64,000 nt of DNA from an uncultured Prevotellaceae bacterium (GCA_946186505.1 CAMHNI010000001.1:37416-101415); one strand, 5' to 3'; shown: positions 25,087-34,751, counted from the stretch's first letter. A program made the numbers and translations. The notes: generated by a model from the sequence alone, not told the origin.

Positions 25087-27510
25087 ATGGCACAGTCAAG
25101 TAACTCTGAAATTATTAAGCGCGTAAAGACGGATGACTCACTCAGCATCCAGGACATGCTGATGATCTGTCTCCGATATTGGCCCTGGTTCATCCTCTCC
25201 ATTGCCGTTATCATGGGAGCCGTCACACTCTACCTGCTCTCAACGCCGAAAATCTATACCCGAACGGCATCTATTCTGGTCAAGAGCGGCAGTAACAAGC
25301 GTAACAGCGAAATGCGTATGTATGAGGAGTTAGGCGTGGCTAACCTCACCTCCGACATTAACGACGAAGTCGTGGCCATCCACTCGCCTGCAGCGGTCTA
25401 TGACATGGTGAAGCGGCTTCATCTTGATCTCGACTATCATCGCCCCGGCTTCTTCCAGGATGAGACGCTTTTTGCCAACTCGCTTCCTGTAGAAGTGGAA
25501 TTTGAGGACATCAAGGATAATGAAACAGCTACATTCACCCTGAAACTGACGGGAGACGGGAACGTCATCATTTCTGACATGAAATTCCAAGGACGTGAGA
25601 TTTCCGGTAGCCACAAAATGAAATTAGACAGACGATACAAGTCGCCCTTCGGTATTATGAGCATCAAACCGTCTCTCGGCTACAAAGAGGGCCAGAAAGA
25701 CGAGATTCTCGTTACCCGCAACAGTTATTTAGCTGTTGCCGGCAGATATGGCGGACTGATTACGGCTGCTGTACAGTCTAATGCCTACAACATCATCGAC
25801 ATCCGCTGTCAGGATGTCAGCATACCACGTGCCGACAACATCCTCAACACCATTATTAATATATATAATGAGAACTGGGTCAAGAACCGCAACCAGATTA
25901 GCGTAGCTACCAATGAGTTCATCAAGGAGCGTCTGGGGGTCATTGAGCAGGAACTGGGGCATGTGGAAAAGGATATTGCTGACTACAAGAGCGAACGCGC
26001 CATGCCAAGCGTTGATGCTGTGGCTGGCGAGGCCATGGGACAGCGGAGTACTACCGAGGCCCAGAGCCAGCAACTCAACAACCAGCTCTACATGATTAAG
26101 TACGTGCGCAACTATATCTCAGACGACAGTCACGCATCACAGCTGCTCCCTGCCAGTTCGGGTGTCGGTGCCACTGAGGCTCAGATTTCGGAGTACAACA
26201 ACAAGTTGCTGCAGCGCAACAATCTCGTAGCCAACTCCAGCGAGCAGAACCCGCTGGTACAGGATATGGACATCGCTTTGAAAAACATGCGCAGTGCCAT
26301 CGTCAACTCACTCGACAACGAGCAGGCTACCATCAACATCCAGTTGCGCAATGTGCAGGCCGTCCACGGACAGGCCATAGCCAAGTTGGCCGCCAACCCG
26401 AGGCAGGCCAACGACCTGCTCAGCATCGAGCGCCAGCAGAAGGTGAAGGAGAGCCTCTACCTCTTCCTGCTCCAGAAGCGCGAGGAAAACGAACTGAGCC
26501 AGGCGTTCACCGCCTACAACACCCGTATCATTGCCAACCCCTACGGCAGTAGTGTGCCTACATCGCCCGAACGCAACAAGATACTGCTCATGGCTTTCGG
26601 ACTGTCCCTGGCTCTGCCCGCCACATTCTTCATACTGCGCGAAATCAGCAAATCCAAGGTGCGTGGCCGCAAAGACCTGGAAGGGCTGTCCCTGCCTTAC
26701 GTTGGCGAACTGCCCCTGTGGAAGCCCAAGAAGGGTGAAGAGGCGCCTAAAGGCTATCACTTCGTCGTCAAGCACCACAAGCGCGACCTCGTCAACGAGG
26801 CCTTCCGTGTTGTACGTACCAACCTCGAGTTCATGGCCAACCCCGACAAGAAGTGCAAGCTCATCATGCTCACATCGTTCAATCCGGGGTCTGGTAAGAC
26901 CTTCATCTGTGCCAATATCGGCGCATCGTTCAGCATTCGCGGCAGCCGTGTGCTCTGCATAGACCTTGACCTGCGCCGCGCCTCACTGTCTGAGTTGGTC
27001 GATTCGCCCAAAAAGGGTATCGTCGATTACCTTGGCGGTCATGTCGATGACTACCATTCTCTCATTATAAAGAATGAGGAGACCGGCCTTGACTTCCTGC
27101 CCGTGGGCAAGATACCGCCCAACCCCACCGAGTTGCTCTATTCACCAAAGTTCAAACCCATGCTCGACCAGCTGCGCCAGGAGTACGACTACGTGTTTGT
27201 TGACTGTCCGCCCGTCGAGATTGTGGCTGATGCCACAATTATCAGCCATGAGTCCGACATCACACTCTTTGTTATCCGCGCCGGTATGCTTGAACGTAAC
27301 ATGTTGCCCGAGCTTGAGAGGAATTACGAAGAGAAGAGGTACAACAACATGGCTATGATTCTCAACGGTACCGATGCCAGCCGAGGCTATGGCTACCACC
27401 GCTACGGCTACGGCTACGGGCGCTATGGCTATGGCTACGGACACTATGGCAACCGCTACGGTTACAGCTACTACGGCGGCAGTAAGAAGAGTAAGAAGAG
27501 CAAGGATTAA
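25087..27510 (+). CDS. Polysaccharide co-polymerase / tyrosine autokinase (Wzc-like)
   Basis: 807 aa. It has a Wzz-type N-terminal TM and coiled-coil region. The C-terminal kinase has a Walker A (SFNPGSGKTF) and a terminal Tyr cluster (GYGYHRYGYGYGRYGYGYGHYGNRYGYSYYGG). Confidence 0.9.
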   Translation: MAQSSNSEIIKRVKTDDSLSIQDMLMICLRYWPWFILSIAVIMGAVTLYLLSTPKIYTRTASILVKSGSNKRNSEMRMYEELGVANLTSDINDEVVAIHSPAAVYDMVKRLHLDLDYHRPGFFQDETLFANSLPVEVEFEDIKDNETATFTLKLTGDGNVIISDMKFQGREISGSHKMKLDRRYKSPFGIMSIKPSLGYKEGQKDEILVTRNSYLAVAGRYGGLITAAVQSNAYNIIDIRCQDVSIPRADNILNTIINIYNENWVKNRNQISVATNEFIKERLGVIEQELGHVEKDIADYKSERAMPSVDAVAGEAMGQRSTTEAQSQQLNNQLYMIKYVRNYISDDSHASQLLPASSGVGATEAQISEYNNKLLQRNNLVANSSEQNPLVQDMDIALKNMRSAIVNSLDNEQATINIQLRNVQAVHGQAIAKLAANPRQANDLLSIERQQKVKESLYLFLLQKREENELSQAFTAYNTRIIANPYGSSVPTSPERNKILLMAFGLSLALPATFFILREISKSKVRGRKDLEGLSLPYVGELPLWKPKKGEEAPKGYHFVVKHHKRDLVNEAFRVVRTNLEFMANPDKKCKLIMLTSFNPGSGKTFICANIGASFSIRGSRVLCIDLDLRRASLSELVDSPKKGIVDYLGGHVDDYHSLIIKNEETGLDFLPVGKIPPNPTELLYSPKFKPMLDQLRQEYDYVFVDCPPVEIVADATIISHESDITLFVIRAGMLERNMLPELERNYEEKRYNNMAMILNGTDASRGYGYHRYGYGYGRYGYGYGHYGNRYGYSYYGGSKKSKKSKD

Positions 27511-28245
27511 ATGTGGCCTTTCAGCAAGAAACGGTATTCCCTTATTGACAGCGGCCTGTTACAGGGCATGACCGACTGTCACTCACATATTCTTCCAGGG
27601 GTGGACGACGGTGTCCAGAACCTGGAAGATTCTTTGCGAACGCTTCAGATCCTCGGCGACCTTGGTGTTAGCAAACTATGGCTTACGCCGCACATCATGG
27701 AGGATATTCCAAATACTACAGCCGACCTGAAAAAGCATTTTGTGGAACTTACACACAAGCTTCCTTCTCCTAAGATAGAACTGCATCTGGCGGCCGAACA
27801 CATGCTCGACGGCCTTTTCGCCCGCCGTTTCGCAGAGAAAGACGTACTTCCGCTAGGAGCGTTGTCTTCCGCTCCCGCCCATCCCCTCCTGCTCGTTGAA
27901 ACCTCATATTTCAACCCGCCCCTACACTTCTGGGATATGCTCGAAGACATTCGCCGACAGGGCTACACCCCCGTTCTGGCCCACCCTGAACGCTACGTCT
28001 ATATGCACGGTTCCGATTATCAGCGGCTGACGGACATGGGGGTGATCCTACAGCTTAACCTGCTCTCACTCACGGGAGCCTACGGCGAGGGTGCCCGCCA
28101 CAAAGCCCTGCGCCTGTTGTATTCCGGTTTTTACACCCTCATGGGTACCGACCTGCACAATGTTGATGACTTCGTCGAATATGCGTCAGAGAAGTGCCTT
28201 ACCCAAAAAGACATTGACACGCTCGCTGGCATCAATACCTTGTAG
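27511..28245 (+). CDS. PHP-family protein-tyrosine phosphatase (CpsB/CapC-like)
   Basis: 244 aa with the N-terminal metal-binding motif DCHSHILPGVDDG and a later AHPERY motif. The start abuts the Wzc stop. Confidence 0.8.
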   Translation: MWPFSKKRYSLIDSGLLQGMTDCHSHILPGVDDGVQNLEDSLRTLQILGDLGVSKLWLTPHIMEDIPNTTADLKKHFVELTHKLPSPKIELHLAAEHMLDGLFARRFAEKDVLPLGALSSAPAHPLLLVETSYFNPPLHFWDMLEDIRRQGYTPVLAHPERYVYMHGSDYQRLTDMGVILQLNLLSLTGAYGEGARHKALRLLYSGFYTLMGTDLHNVDDFVEYASEKCLTQKDIDTLAGINTL

Positions 28246-28342
28246 CCGCCGACATCTCGAATAACGAGCCTTCCATGAATGGAAAATGAGGGGCAGTTTT
28301 CACTTTTTTGCCCTTCAAAACAGATAATTCGGAATTTTTTTA

Positions 28343-28350
28343 TAAGTTTG
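28343..28350 (+). promoter_or_regulatory. Bacteroidetes -7 promoter box (TAAGTTTG)
   Basis: TAnnTTTG lies inside the N-terminal extension of the ORF-track model and 36 nt upstream of the ATG at 28386. This supports the shorter start. Confidence 0.5.
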
Positions 28351-28385
28351 CAGCTGAAATACGCAAAGACCTAAAACTGTATTAT

Positions 28386-30044
28386 ATGGAAAATGTTCAG
28401 ATTCGCTGCCATAACAACGGCCAGACTATAAGTTTGCCTATGGGTGCTACGCTAGAAGAGGCATACGCACTGACGGGGCTGAAGATGGAGTACGGGCCTG
28501 TGCTGGCCAAAGTCAACAACAAGATTGAGGGCATGCACTTCAGAGTGTATAATGCCAAGGACGTTGAGTTCCTTGATATGACCTCGCCGTCAGGTCTCAG
28601 GGCCTATACACGGTCACTGTTCTTCGTCCTCTGCAAGGCCGTACACGACATCTGCGACAAGGCAAAGGTGTCGATAGACATTCCCGTATCTAACGGCTAC
28701 TACGTCGATCTCGACATCGGCCATCCCGTGACGTTGGAGGATGCCGGACACATCCGCCGCCGCATGCAGGAGATTGTCGATGCGGCTCTGCCCATTCATC
28801 GCTACGAGACCACCACCGAAGAGGCCATCAAGATGTTTACCGCACTGCACACTTTTTCGAAGGTGAAGTTGCTGAAGAACATCGGGCGCATCTATACCAC
28901 CTATTATGATATAGACGGATACATCGACTACTACTACGGAGCACTGCTTACCAACACGTCACAGCTCTACCTTTTTGGGTTGGAGAAATACTATGACGGG
29001 CTGCTGCTACGCATCCCCTCGCCTGACCATCCCGGCGAGTTGGGCGAGATGACCCATCAGGACAAGATGTTCGGCATTTTCAAGGAGCATCACCGCTGGC
29101 AAGACATCATCGGCCTGCGTACCATCGGCGACCTGAACGAGGCTATCGACGCCGGGCACTCCGCCCAGCTCATCCAAGTGAGCGAAGCCCTACAAGAAAA
29201 GAAGATTGCCAATATTGCCGACGAGATAGCCAACCGCAAAGGCATTAAGCTCGTGCTGATAGCAGGACCCAGCAGCAGTGGAAAGACCACCACCTGCAAG
29301 CGCCTGTCGGTGCAACTGGCCGTCAACGGCTTCAAGCCCATGGGTATCTCGCTCGACGATTACTTTGTAAACCGTGAGCACACGCCGCGCGACGAGAAGG
29401 GTGACTACGATTTCGAACACCTGCATGCCCTGAACCTCGACCTGCTGAACGAGCATATGAATGCCCTACTGCGGGGCGACGAGGTGGAGCTGCCCCGCTA
29501 CAACTTCCAGCTGGGACGCAGTGAGTGGAGCGGCCGTAAGCTGCGTTTGCACGACGATGAAGTGCTGGTGGTAGAAGGCATCCACGCCCTGAACCCTGAG
29601 CTGATGTCACAGGTACCCAGTGAGCAGGTCTATCGTGTCTATGCGTCGGCACTCACCACGCTGCTATTGGACAAGCACAACTATATACCCACTACAGACA
29701 ACCGATTGTTGAGGCGTATTATCCGCGACCACAAGTACCGCGGTGTATCGGCTCAAGAAACCATCCGCCGCTGGCCGTCAGTACGCGCCGGCGAAAACAA
29801 GTGGATATTCCCCTATCAAGAGAATGCCGATGCCATGTTCAATACCGCCATGCTCTTCGAGCTGGCCGTCATCAAACGTCAGGCTGAGCCACTTTTGGAA
29901 CAGGTGCCCGAGAACGTCCCGGAATATGCTGAGGCTTACCGTCTGCTAAAGTTCCTTCGCTATATCAAGCCCATACCCGAGACACAGATTCCCCCGACCT
30001 CGCTGCTGCGTGAGTTCCTTGGCGGCTCGTCGTTCGAGTATTAA
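28386..30044 (+). CDS. Uridine kinase-family nucleoside kinase with an N-terminal TGS-like domain
   Basis: P-loop GPSSSGKTT. The uridine/PRK-type kinase region reads ...ISLDDYF...YDFEHL...VVEGIHALNP. I trimmed the start to MENVQIRCH on promoter position. Confidence 0.7.
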   Translation: MENVQIRCHNNGQTISLPMGATLEEAYALTGLKMEYGPVLAKVNNKIEGMHFRVYNAKDVEFLDMTSPSGLRAYTRSLFFVLCKAVHDICDKAKVSIDIPVSNGYYVDLDIGHPVTLEDAGHIRRRMQEIVDAALPIHRYETTTEEAIKMFTALHTFSKVKLLKNIGRIYTTYYDIDGYIDYYYGALLTNTSQLYLFGLEKYYDGLLLRIPSPDHPGELGEMTHQDKMFGIFKEHHRWQDIIGLRTIGDLNEAIDAGHSAQLIQVSEALQEKKIANIADEIANRKGIKLVLIAGPSSSGKTTTCKRLSVQLAVNGFKPMGISLDDYFVNREHTPRDEKGDYDFEHLHALNLDLLNEHMNALLRGDEVELPRYNFQLGRSEWSGRKLRLHDDEVLVVEGIHALNPELMSQVPSEQVYRVYASALTTLLLDKHNYIPTTDNRLLRRIIRDHKYRGVSAQETIRRWPSVRAGENKWIFPYQENADAMFNTAMLFELAVIKRQAEPLLEQVPENVPEYAEAYRLLKFLRYIKPIPETQIPPTSLLREFLGGSSFEY

Positions 30045-30131
30045 ACACCCAGAGGGGTTGAGAACATCTGGATTAAGCGGCAAAAAAAGCAAATAGCAGA
30101 CGTAAAATTTGGTTTTTTGCTCACTTAATCG

Positions 30132-30139
30132 TACCTTTG
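30132..30139 (+). promoter_or_regulatory. Bacteroidetes -7 promoter box (TACCTTTG) for trpS
   Basis: TAnnTTTG 28 nt upstream of the ATG at 30167. It overlaps the ORF-track start at 30137, which I therefore reject. Confidence 0.55.
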
Positions 30140-30166
30140 CAGCCAAAAACAAAAGAAACAGGAAAA

Positions 30167-31234
30167 ATGGGAAAAGTAATATTGACCGGCGACCGTCCCA
30201 CAGGCAGGCTCCATCTGGGCCATTACGTGGGTTCGCTACGTCGCCGCGTAGAGCTGCAGAACGCAGGCGACTACGACCGCATGTTTGTTTTCATGGCTGA
30301 TGTACAGGCACTGACCGACAATGCCGACAACCCCGAGAAACTGCGCCAAAGCATTATCCAAGTGGCGCTCGACTACCTCTCGGCAGGCCTCGACCCCGCG
30401 AAGTGTACCATCTTCATACAGAGCCACATCCCTGAGCTGGCCGAGTTGACCACCTACCTGATGAACCTCATCTCGGTAAGCCGCGTACAGCGCAACCCGA
30501 CGGTGAAGACAGAAATCAAGATGCGCGGCTTCGAGGGTGAGAGCATCCCTCTGGGCTTCTTCTGCTATCCCGTCTCTCAGGCTGCCGACATCACGCTGTT
30601 CAAGGCTACGACGGTGCCTGCCGGCGAGGATCAGGAGCCGATGCTCGAGGTGACGCGAGAGCTGGTGAACCGCTTTAACAACATCTACGCACCAGTACTG
30701 GTGGAACCTCACATCATGCTGCCTGAAAATGCTACGGCCCGCCGTCTGCCTGGTACCGACGGCAAGGAGAAGATGTCGAAGTCGCTGGGCAACTGCATCT
30801 ACCTCTCCGACTCAAAGGACGAGGTGTGGCAGAAGGTGCGCTCGATGTACACCGACCCCACTCACCTCAATGTCTCTGACCCCGGCCATGTGGAGGGTAA
30901 TGCCGTCTTTACCTATCTCGACGCCTTCTCTACTGACCAGGACTTTGCTGACTTCTGGCCTGAGTACCAGAACCTGGACGAGCTGAAGGAGCACTACCAG
31001 CGCGGCGGTCTGGGCGACATGAAGTGCAAGAAGTTCCTCAACGAGGTGCTCAACAAGTTCCTTGACCCTATGCGCCAGCGCCGTGCTGAGCTTGAGACCG
31101 ACATTGCCGAGATTCAGAACATCCTGAGGAAGGGTACTGAGCAGGCCCGCGAGGTGGGTGCCCAGACGATGGACGAGGTGCGCAAGGCTATGCGCATCGA
31201 CTACTTCAACGATGAAAAAATGTGGAGAATTTGA
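30167..31234 (+). CDS. trpS: Tryptophan--tRNA ligase
   Basis: Class I aaRS motifs: HIGH-type (TGRLHLGHY) and KMSKS. Overall length and sequence are TrpRS-like. Confidence 0.95.
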   Translation: MGKVILTGDRPTGRLHLGHYVGSLRRRVELQNAGDYDRMFVFMADVQALTDNADNPEKLRQSIIQVALDYLSAGLDPAKCTIFIQSHIPELAELTTYLMNLISVSRVQRNPTVKTEIKMRGFEGESIPLGFFCYPVSQAADITLFKATTVPAGEDQEPMLEVTRELVNRFNNIYAPVLVEPHIMLPENATARRLPGTDGKEKMSKSLGNCIYLSDSKDEVWQKVRSMYTDPTHLNVSDPGHVEGNAVFTYLDAFSTDQDFADFWPEYQNLDELKEHYQRGGLGDMKCKKFLNEVLNKFLDPMRQRRAELETDIAEIQNILRKGTEQAREVGAQTMDEVRKAMRIDYFNDEKMWRI

Positions 31235-31640
31235 GGCGCTGCTTATAGCGCACGACATTAAGCCGACGGCAAACCGCATTGTCGTGGCAAAGACATTGGC
31301 CGCTGCAGAGCGGCCAATGTCATTGTCGGAACTGGAATATAAAATCCTATCCATTGACAAGTCGGGGGTATTCCGCGCCCTGACGCTGTTCCGCGAACAC
31401 CACCTGGTGCACGTCATTGAGGACGGCGGCGACGGCGTGCGCTACGAGCTCTGCCATAGTCACGACGGTCACGCTGAGGACGATGACCAGCACGTACACT
31501 TCTACTGCGAGCGGTGCCACCGCACCTTCTGTCTGACAGACACGCCCATTCCCGCTGTCGAGCTGCCTGCGGGCTATCGGCTGACCAGCATCAACTATAT
31601 GGCCAAAGGCCTATGTCCCGACTGCTCCTCTGTCTATTGA
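31212..31640 (+). CDS. Fur family transcriptional regulator (metal or peroxide responsive)
   Basis: 142 aa from [11 protein letters not shown]... It has a winged-helix N-terminus, an HSHD...H metal site, and CxxC...CxxC (CERC...CPDC). It overlaps the trpS 3' end by 23 nt. Confidence 0.8.
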   Translation: MKKCGEFEALLIAHDIKPTANRIVVAKTLAAAERPMSLSELEYKILSIDKSGVFRALTLFREHHLVHVIEDGGDGVRYELCHSHDGHAEDDDQHVHFYCERCHRTFCLTDTPIPAVELPAGYRLTSINYMAKGLCPDCSSVY

Positions 31641-32797
31641 CGCTCGTCGCGACAGCTGGGCACGCTCAGAATGCTGCGACGACGGTAGTGGCCGATGCCG
31701 TTACCCATGAGCCGCTTGCCCATGTCTCGCTCTTCACCAAGGAGGGTGGCCGTTTCCACTCTGTCATCAGCAACACGCAGGGCGTCGCCAAGGTGACGTT
31801 CCCCTTCCAGCGGCTCACCGTCAGTCACCTGAACTACGAGCGGCGCACCGTCAGGCAGCTGTCCGACACCCTCTTCCTGCAACCCCGTTACATGTCGACA
31901 GGCGAAGTGGTGGTCACGAACAAGGAGCCCGAGTGGATACGCCGCTGTCTGAAGGAGACGGTCAAGCGCAAGACCCAGAACTATTTTACCCATGACGGCT
32001 ACGAGCAGGTGGACTTCCACACCCAGAACATGGGTCGCAACAACATCTACCGCTTCCACCTGCAAGGACTGTTGCGCACGAAGAGTCCTGACCGCAAACG
32101 CTACGCCCTCTTTTGCGACAGCGTAAACGCACAGATCGTGGCCTCCGACTCCACCCGGCTTACCGACACGCAGAACCTGCGGCGCATGCTCTACGAGGAC
32201 TTCATGGAAGACCTGACACGAGGCTTCATCAGCGACCACCGCTTCTACCATTATGCCGACTATGAGGGCAAGAGCAAGGACGAGGTGAAGCTGAGCTTCA
32301 AGGCCAAGCATAATACCGACGACCGCGGATGGCTGATTCTCGACACCACGCGCTGCATCGTCCTGCGTGCCTATCGTTCTACAGGCACGAAGACCAACCG
32401 TCAGGAGCGTATCGGCACCTTGATGTACGGCTTGTCAAAAATGTTCGGCTACCGTGTCGACACCTTCACCCGCGACTATCGCGTCAGCTACGGCGAGCGC
32501 TCCGACGGCACGCTGTATCCCGCTGAAGTGCGCTACAAGATGTACTATGCTGGGCGCGACGGCGACTCCACCAAGGAGGAAGCGGAGTTCAGCGAACAGA
32601 CGGGCGGCGGATTCCCCAATATGGAAGCAACGATGACACTCTCGCCCGTCACCACTCACCCGTCACCCGACACCATTACGTGGCACGAGCTGCCCGCTTC
32701 ATGGTATGTCACATTCAATTCTGAGGCCGACCGCCAGTTGGAGGTGAAACTGTCGAATCTTCCTGCCATTTTCAGCATCTACGACGACAATCCCTGA
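31613..32797 (+). CDS. Secreted hypothetical protein with an N-terminal carboxypeptidase-regulatory-like domain
   Basis: A signal peptide ([19 protein letters not shown]) begins at the ATG at 31613. It is followed by VVADAVTHEPLAHVSLF...NTQGVAKV. The gene overlaps the fur-family 3' end by 28 nt. Confidence 0.6.
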   Translation: MSRLLLCLLTLVATAGHAQNAATTVVADAVTHEPLAHVSLFTKEGGRFHSVISNTQGVAKVTFPFQRLTVSHLNYERRTVRQLSDTLFLQPRYMSTGEVVVTNKEPEWIRRCLKETVKRKTQNYFTHDGYEQVDFHTQNMGRNNIYRFHLQGLLRTKSPDRKRYALFCDSVNAQIVASDSTRLTDTQNLRRMLYEDFMEDLTRGFISDHRFYHYADYEGKSKDEVKLSFKAKHNTDDRGWLILDTTRCIVLRAYRSTGTKTNRQERIGTLMYGLSKMFGYRVDTFTRDYRVSYGERSDGTLYPAEVRYKMYYAGRDGDSTKEEAEFSEQTGGGFPNMEATMTLSPVTTHPSPDTITWHELPASWYVTFNSEADRQLEVKLSNLPAIFSIYDDNP

Positions 32798-32836
32798 AAA
32801 GAAATCACTTTTTCCCGTTTTTTCCGTAGTTTTTTG

Positions 32837-32844
32837 TATCTTTG
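32837..32844 (+). promoter_or_regulatory. Bacteroidetes -7 promoter box (TATCTTTG) for the ECF sigma factor gene
   Basis: TAnnTTTG overlaps the TTG start of the ORF-track model. This favours the ATG at 32884, or at 32854. Confidence 0.5.
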
Positions 32845-32883
32845 TCGCGTCTAATGGGTAAAGATTCAAAAAACAGAACGACA

Positions 32884-33366
32884 ATGACGACATTAGAACG
32901 ACAGTTTGCGCAAACCGTTGCAGAACACAAGAGCACCATCTACACCGTGTGCTACATGTTCTCGCAAGATGCCGACGAAGTGAACGACCTGTTCCAAGAG
33001 GTACTAGTCAATCTTTGGAAAGGCTTCGAAAGCTTCGAGCATCGCTCAGACATCAAGACGTGGATCTACCGCGTCGCCCTCAACACCTGCATCTCTCTCG
33101 ACAGGAAGAAGAAGCGGCGCTCGGCAGAAGTCCGGCTCACGATGGACATCAACCTCTTTGAAGACCGCGACGAGGACACGCGCCAGGTGGACATGCTCCA
33201 CAAGCGCATCTCCCGGCTCCAGCCCTTCGACCGCGCGATTGTCCTGCTTTGGCTCGAGAACCTGTCGTACGAGGAAATCGGCCAGATTGTGGGTATCTCT
33301 ACTAAGAACGTCAGCGTCCGTCTGTACAGAATCCGTGAACAGTTAAAACAAATGTCTAACGATTAA
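32884..33366 (+). CDS. RNA polymerase ECF-type sigma-70 factor
   Basis: Region 2 reads DLFQEVLVNLWKGFESF...WIYRVALNTCIS. Region 4 reads LENLSYEEIGQIVGISTKNVSVRLYRIREQL. Confidence 0.85.
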   Translation: MTTLERQFAQTVAEHKSTIYTVCYMFSQDADEVNDLFQEVLVNLWKGFESFEHRSDIKTWIYRVALNTCISLDRKKKRRSAEVRLTMDINLFEDRDEDTRQVDMLHKRISRLQPFDRAIVLLWLENLSYEEIGQIVGISTKNVSVRLYRIREQLKQMSND

Positions 33367-33380
33367 AAACTATACCCATT

Positions 33381-33965
33381 ATGAACGATATGGAATTAGA
33401 GAACATGCGCCAGCAGCTTGGCACGCTCAAGAAAAAGCTCAATGAGCAGGAAATAGTGAACGACCACCTCATGCGCCGCTCCATGCGCAACGAAGTGAAT
33501 ACCATCACCCGTCGCTACTACATCATCATGGCCATTGGCTTGTTTATGATACCTTACGGCTACTGGTGCTTTGTGAAATTGTGCGGTCTCTCCCTTTTCT
33601 TCTGGATTGTCACCAGCATCTTCATGCTCGTATGTGCAGGTGCTACCTACTACACCAATCACAAAATCAGCGATCCAAATCTTATGAACCATAACCTTGT
33701 GGAGGCCCGCAAAAAAGTGGCCAGCGCCAAGAAGTTCGAAGCCAACTGGCTGTTCTTTGGCATCCCCGCCGTTATCCTGTGGATGAGCTGGTTCCTCTAC
33801 GAGACCTATCAGCTTCATGGCGGCACCTTCAGCAACGGACTCTTCTGGGGTAGTTGCATAGGTGGCATCATCGGCGCCATCTGCGGTCTCAGCATTCACT
33901 TCAAGACCCAGCACCAGTATCAGGACATCATCGACCAGATAGAGGACCTGACGAAGGGAGAGTAA
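33381..33965 (+). CDS. Membrane protein with a coiled-coil N-terminus and 4 predicted TM helices. It may be the partner or anti-sigma of the upstream ECF sigma factor.
   Basis: 194-aa ORF 15 nt after the sigma gene. Hydrophobic segments are visible. No recognisable family motif. Confidence 0.6.
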   Translation: MNDMELENMRQQLGTLKKKLNEQEIVNDHLMRRSMRNEVNTITRRYYIIMAIGLFMIPYGYWCFVKLCGLSLFFWIVTSIFMLVCAGATYYTNHKISDPNLMNHNLVEARKKVASAKKFEANWLFFGIPAVILWMSWFLYETYQLHGGTFSNGLFWGSCIGGIIGAICGLSIHFKTQHQYQDIIDQIEDLTKGE

Positions 33966-33985
33966 TCATCGGGAGGTAGAAGACA

Positions 33986-34020
33986 GGAGGGTGTGCATGG
34001 GCACACCCTCCTTCCGTTTA
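33986..34020. terminator. Strong GC-rich hairpin between convergent units, a likely bidirectional terminator
   Basis: The stem is GGAGGGTGTGC atgg GCACACCCTCC (11 bp, 4-nt loop), followed by a T-rich stretch on the plus strand. Confidence 0.65.
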
Positions 34021-34023
34021 TAT

Positions 34024-34323
34024 TCACTGCTGTGCGATTTTGCTGATGAGCAGCACAACGTCAACGACGTTCCATTGGTTGTCGCCGTTCTGGTCGGCGG
34101 CGTCGAGGTCGAGGTATTGGAAGTTGACCTGGCCCGTAATGTAGCCGATGAGCAGGCTCAGGTCTTCGCCGTCGAGCTTGCCGTCGCTGCTTGCGTCGCC
34201 CGTTCCCCTGTCTTCAAGGTCGCCAACGAACGTCACATTCACTTCGAACGATGAGTCTTTGCCAAACTTCGACTGGAATTTCTCCAGATAGTTCTTCCTC
34301 ACGTGGCACACCGTCGCCTTCAA
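34024..34323 (-). pseudogene. 5'-truncated remnant that encodes only a dockerin-type (double EF-hand-like) C-terminal module
   Basis: The frame is open for only 104 codons and has no signal peptide. Two dockerin-like repeats are present: DASSDGKLDGEDLSLLIGYI and DQNGDNQWNVVDVVLLISKI. They resemble the C-terminus of the 860-aa protein at 35625-38207. Confidence 0.5.
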
Positions 34324-34402
34324 CTCCGAGTCCGATCGTCAACAGGAGGTAAAACTGTCGAACCTGCCTGCCACATTCAGCATCTTCAACGGACAACCGT
34401 AA
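34292..34402 (+). pseudogene. 3'-terminal fragment of a paralogue of the gene at 31613-32797
   Basis: The frame is open for only 36 codons: FFLTWHTVAFNSESDRQQEVKLSNLPATFSIFNGQP*. The intact gene ends TWHELPASWYVTFNSEADRQLEVKLSNLPAIFSIYDDNP*. DNA similarity is clear (gaggtRaaactgtcgaaYctKcctgcca). Confidence 0.6.
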
Positions 34403-34579
34403 AAGTATAAATGATGTGCAGTCAGGAAATCTTTGAGATATTGAGCGCGGCCCCGTATCTCTGAAGTATGGAGAGTGGCACACTCCAAAGACTCAAGGAG
34501 CAAAATTTGCATGTTTGCCCTGCCCTGTTCTCAAAATGGTGAACCGCAACTGGTGGCGAACGGTACGCCTATATGCATT

Positions 34580-34664
34580 AAATTCTCTCGAGAATTCAGC
34601 CGAAAGTAACGGGGTAAGTCATGTCAAGGATGCGGGTAACTGTCAAATTCTCTCGAGAATTCAG
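34580..34664 (+). repeat. Two exact 20-bp direct repeats (aaattctctcgagaattcag) spaced 65 bp apart, start to start
   Basis: The copies are at 34580-34599 and 34645-34664. Each contains the 8-bp palindrome TCTCGAGA. The region is non-coding. Confidence 0.85.
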
Positions 34665-34751
34665 TCTCCGAGTTTATCCTCAGACATCTGTTCCATAAGA
34701 CTTCCTTTGAGTTTGCCGTCACTGCGTAGCGGAAAAGAAGCCTGAATTCCT

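Noticed and set aside
27384-27480. A tandem-looking GGCTAYGGC DNA repeat that might be a microsatellite or contingency locus.
   Set aside because: It encodes the C-terminal tyrosine cluster (GYGYHRYGYGYGRYGYGYGHYG...) that is a normal functional feature of Wzc-type autokinases. The repeat units are imperfect at the DNA level.
30137-30166. N-terminal extensions in the ORF track: trpS from 30137, kinase from 28308, AKR from 42529, coaD from 62027, buk from 15551, GH35 from 18072, LicD genes from 48402 and 52329, fur from 31158, the secreted protein from 31514, and the ECF sigma from 32842.
   Set aside because: The extensions contain or overlap TAnnTTTG promoter boxes or upstream genes, and they lack homology-like sequence. 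Internal ATGs match family-typical N-termini or signal peptides.
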